DNA of 5,821 nucleotides from a virus (Duplodnaviria; Heunggongvirae; Uroviricota; Caudoviricetes): IMG/VR virus record IMGVR_UViG_2660238499_000005; one strand, 5' to 3'. Shown piece by piece: positions 5,215 to 5,821 of this stretch (position 1 is its first letter; each line of letters starts with the position of its first letter). The notes under the pieces were generated by a model. It saw only the letters and a program-made list of their open reading frames with translations, ran no database searches and was not told where the DNA came from. The position numbers and the translations under genes were made by a program.

Positions 5215-5821
5215 TCATTGATAATCGACGCGTAAATACCCCAGCGCGCTAAACGGCCCTTCGGTCGGTTTTTGACCGGTAATACTGATAGGCCAGGCGC
5301 GAAGTGTGACATTGGCTGCCGCAGCTGCATCCAGACGGAAAGGAATAACGCTATTGAGATCGTTAGGCGTGATCGGCGTATCGTTCTGATCGGCGACAAT
5401 AAAACCTAAATCCTGATTGTCCGACACCATCGCCTGACCAGAAACGGCACTGGCTTCCAGACGCATTGTTAAATAAGCCTGCGCAGCAACATTCGTACAT
5501 TTGACCGCAATGCTCTTGGTTTGCGGCATGACACCAGCAGGTCGATTCCCCGGCCCTGCCGCACTAAATAACGATGCGCCGATATCACCAAAATCAAATT
5601 CAACAATCTGCCCGGCATTTAATTCGCAGTTTTGCGGTACTTCAACCCGGCCACCAAAACTAATGGTATAAACAGGTGTAACCAACGGATCGTAAGGCGT
5701 TGATGTCACATACACGGTAAACATCACCTGTCTGGGGATCTCCACCATGTTAATAAAGGGACGAAGGTGATGCTGCCAACTTACTGATTTAGTGTATGAT
5801 GGTGTTTTTGAGGTGCTCCAG
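5215..5821 (-). CDS. sfmH: Fimbrial adhesin-like protein, 3' portion (5' end lies beyond the window)
   Basis: The minus-strand frame stays open from the window edge (5820) to the stop at 5215; the ATG listed at 5748 is internal. C-terminal region looks like a pilin domain (...FSALGYLRVDYQ). It sits immediately upstream of sfmF in the same operon orientation. Confidence 0.7.
   Translation of the reverse strand, partial: WSTSKTPSYTKSVSWQHHLRPFINMVEIPRQVMFTVYVTSTPYDPLVTPVYTISFGGRVEVPQNCELNAGQIVEFDFGDIGASLFSAAGPGNRPAGVMPQTKSIAVKCTNVAAQAYLTMRLEASAVSGQAMVSDNQDLGFIVADQNDTPITPNDLNSVIPFRLDAAAAANVTLRAWPISITGQKPTEGPFSALGYLRVDYQ

Noticed and set aside
4765-5235. Plus-strand 156-aa ORF
   Set aside because: Entirely antisense to sfmF and the sfmH 3' end; Ser/Ala-rich translation typical of an antisense frame in a GC-rich gene.
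1-5821. CRISPR arrays, IS elements, retron-like ncRNA with reverse transcriptase
   Set aside because: No regularly spaced repeats with unique spacers, no transposase-like ORF or terminal inverted repeats, and no reverse-transcriptase ORF were seen.

Overview
This window looks like an Escherichia-type chromosomal locus (sfmH-sfmF fimbrial genes, fimZ, tRNA-Arg(UCU) argU) abutting a decayed lambdoid prophage inserted at the 3' end of argU; the whole region is inverted relative to the usual K-12 orientation. Moving left from the tRNA on the + strand, the prophage remnant has: an integrase reduced to its C-terminal catalytic end (pseudogene), three small ORFs with strong ribosome-binding sites, an AT-rich non-coding block of about 460 bp with short iterated motifs, and an apparently intact immunity module. 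That module is a CI/LexA-like HTH + S24 peptidase repressor (601..1293) followed on the same strand by two small genes (87 aa, and a 147-aa coiled-coil protein with a C-terminal transmembrane anchor), closed by a clear intrinsic terminator. This places the pair where lambda carries rexA-rexB downstream of cI. I consider this cassette the best candidate for an undescribed lysogen-expressed exclusion or abortive-infection system. All calls rest on reading the sequence and recalled family features; no database search was possible.
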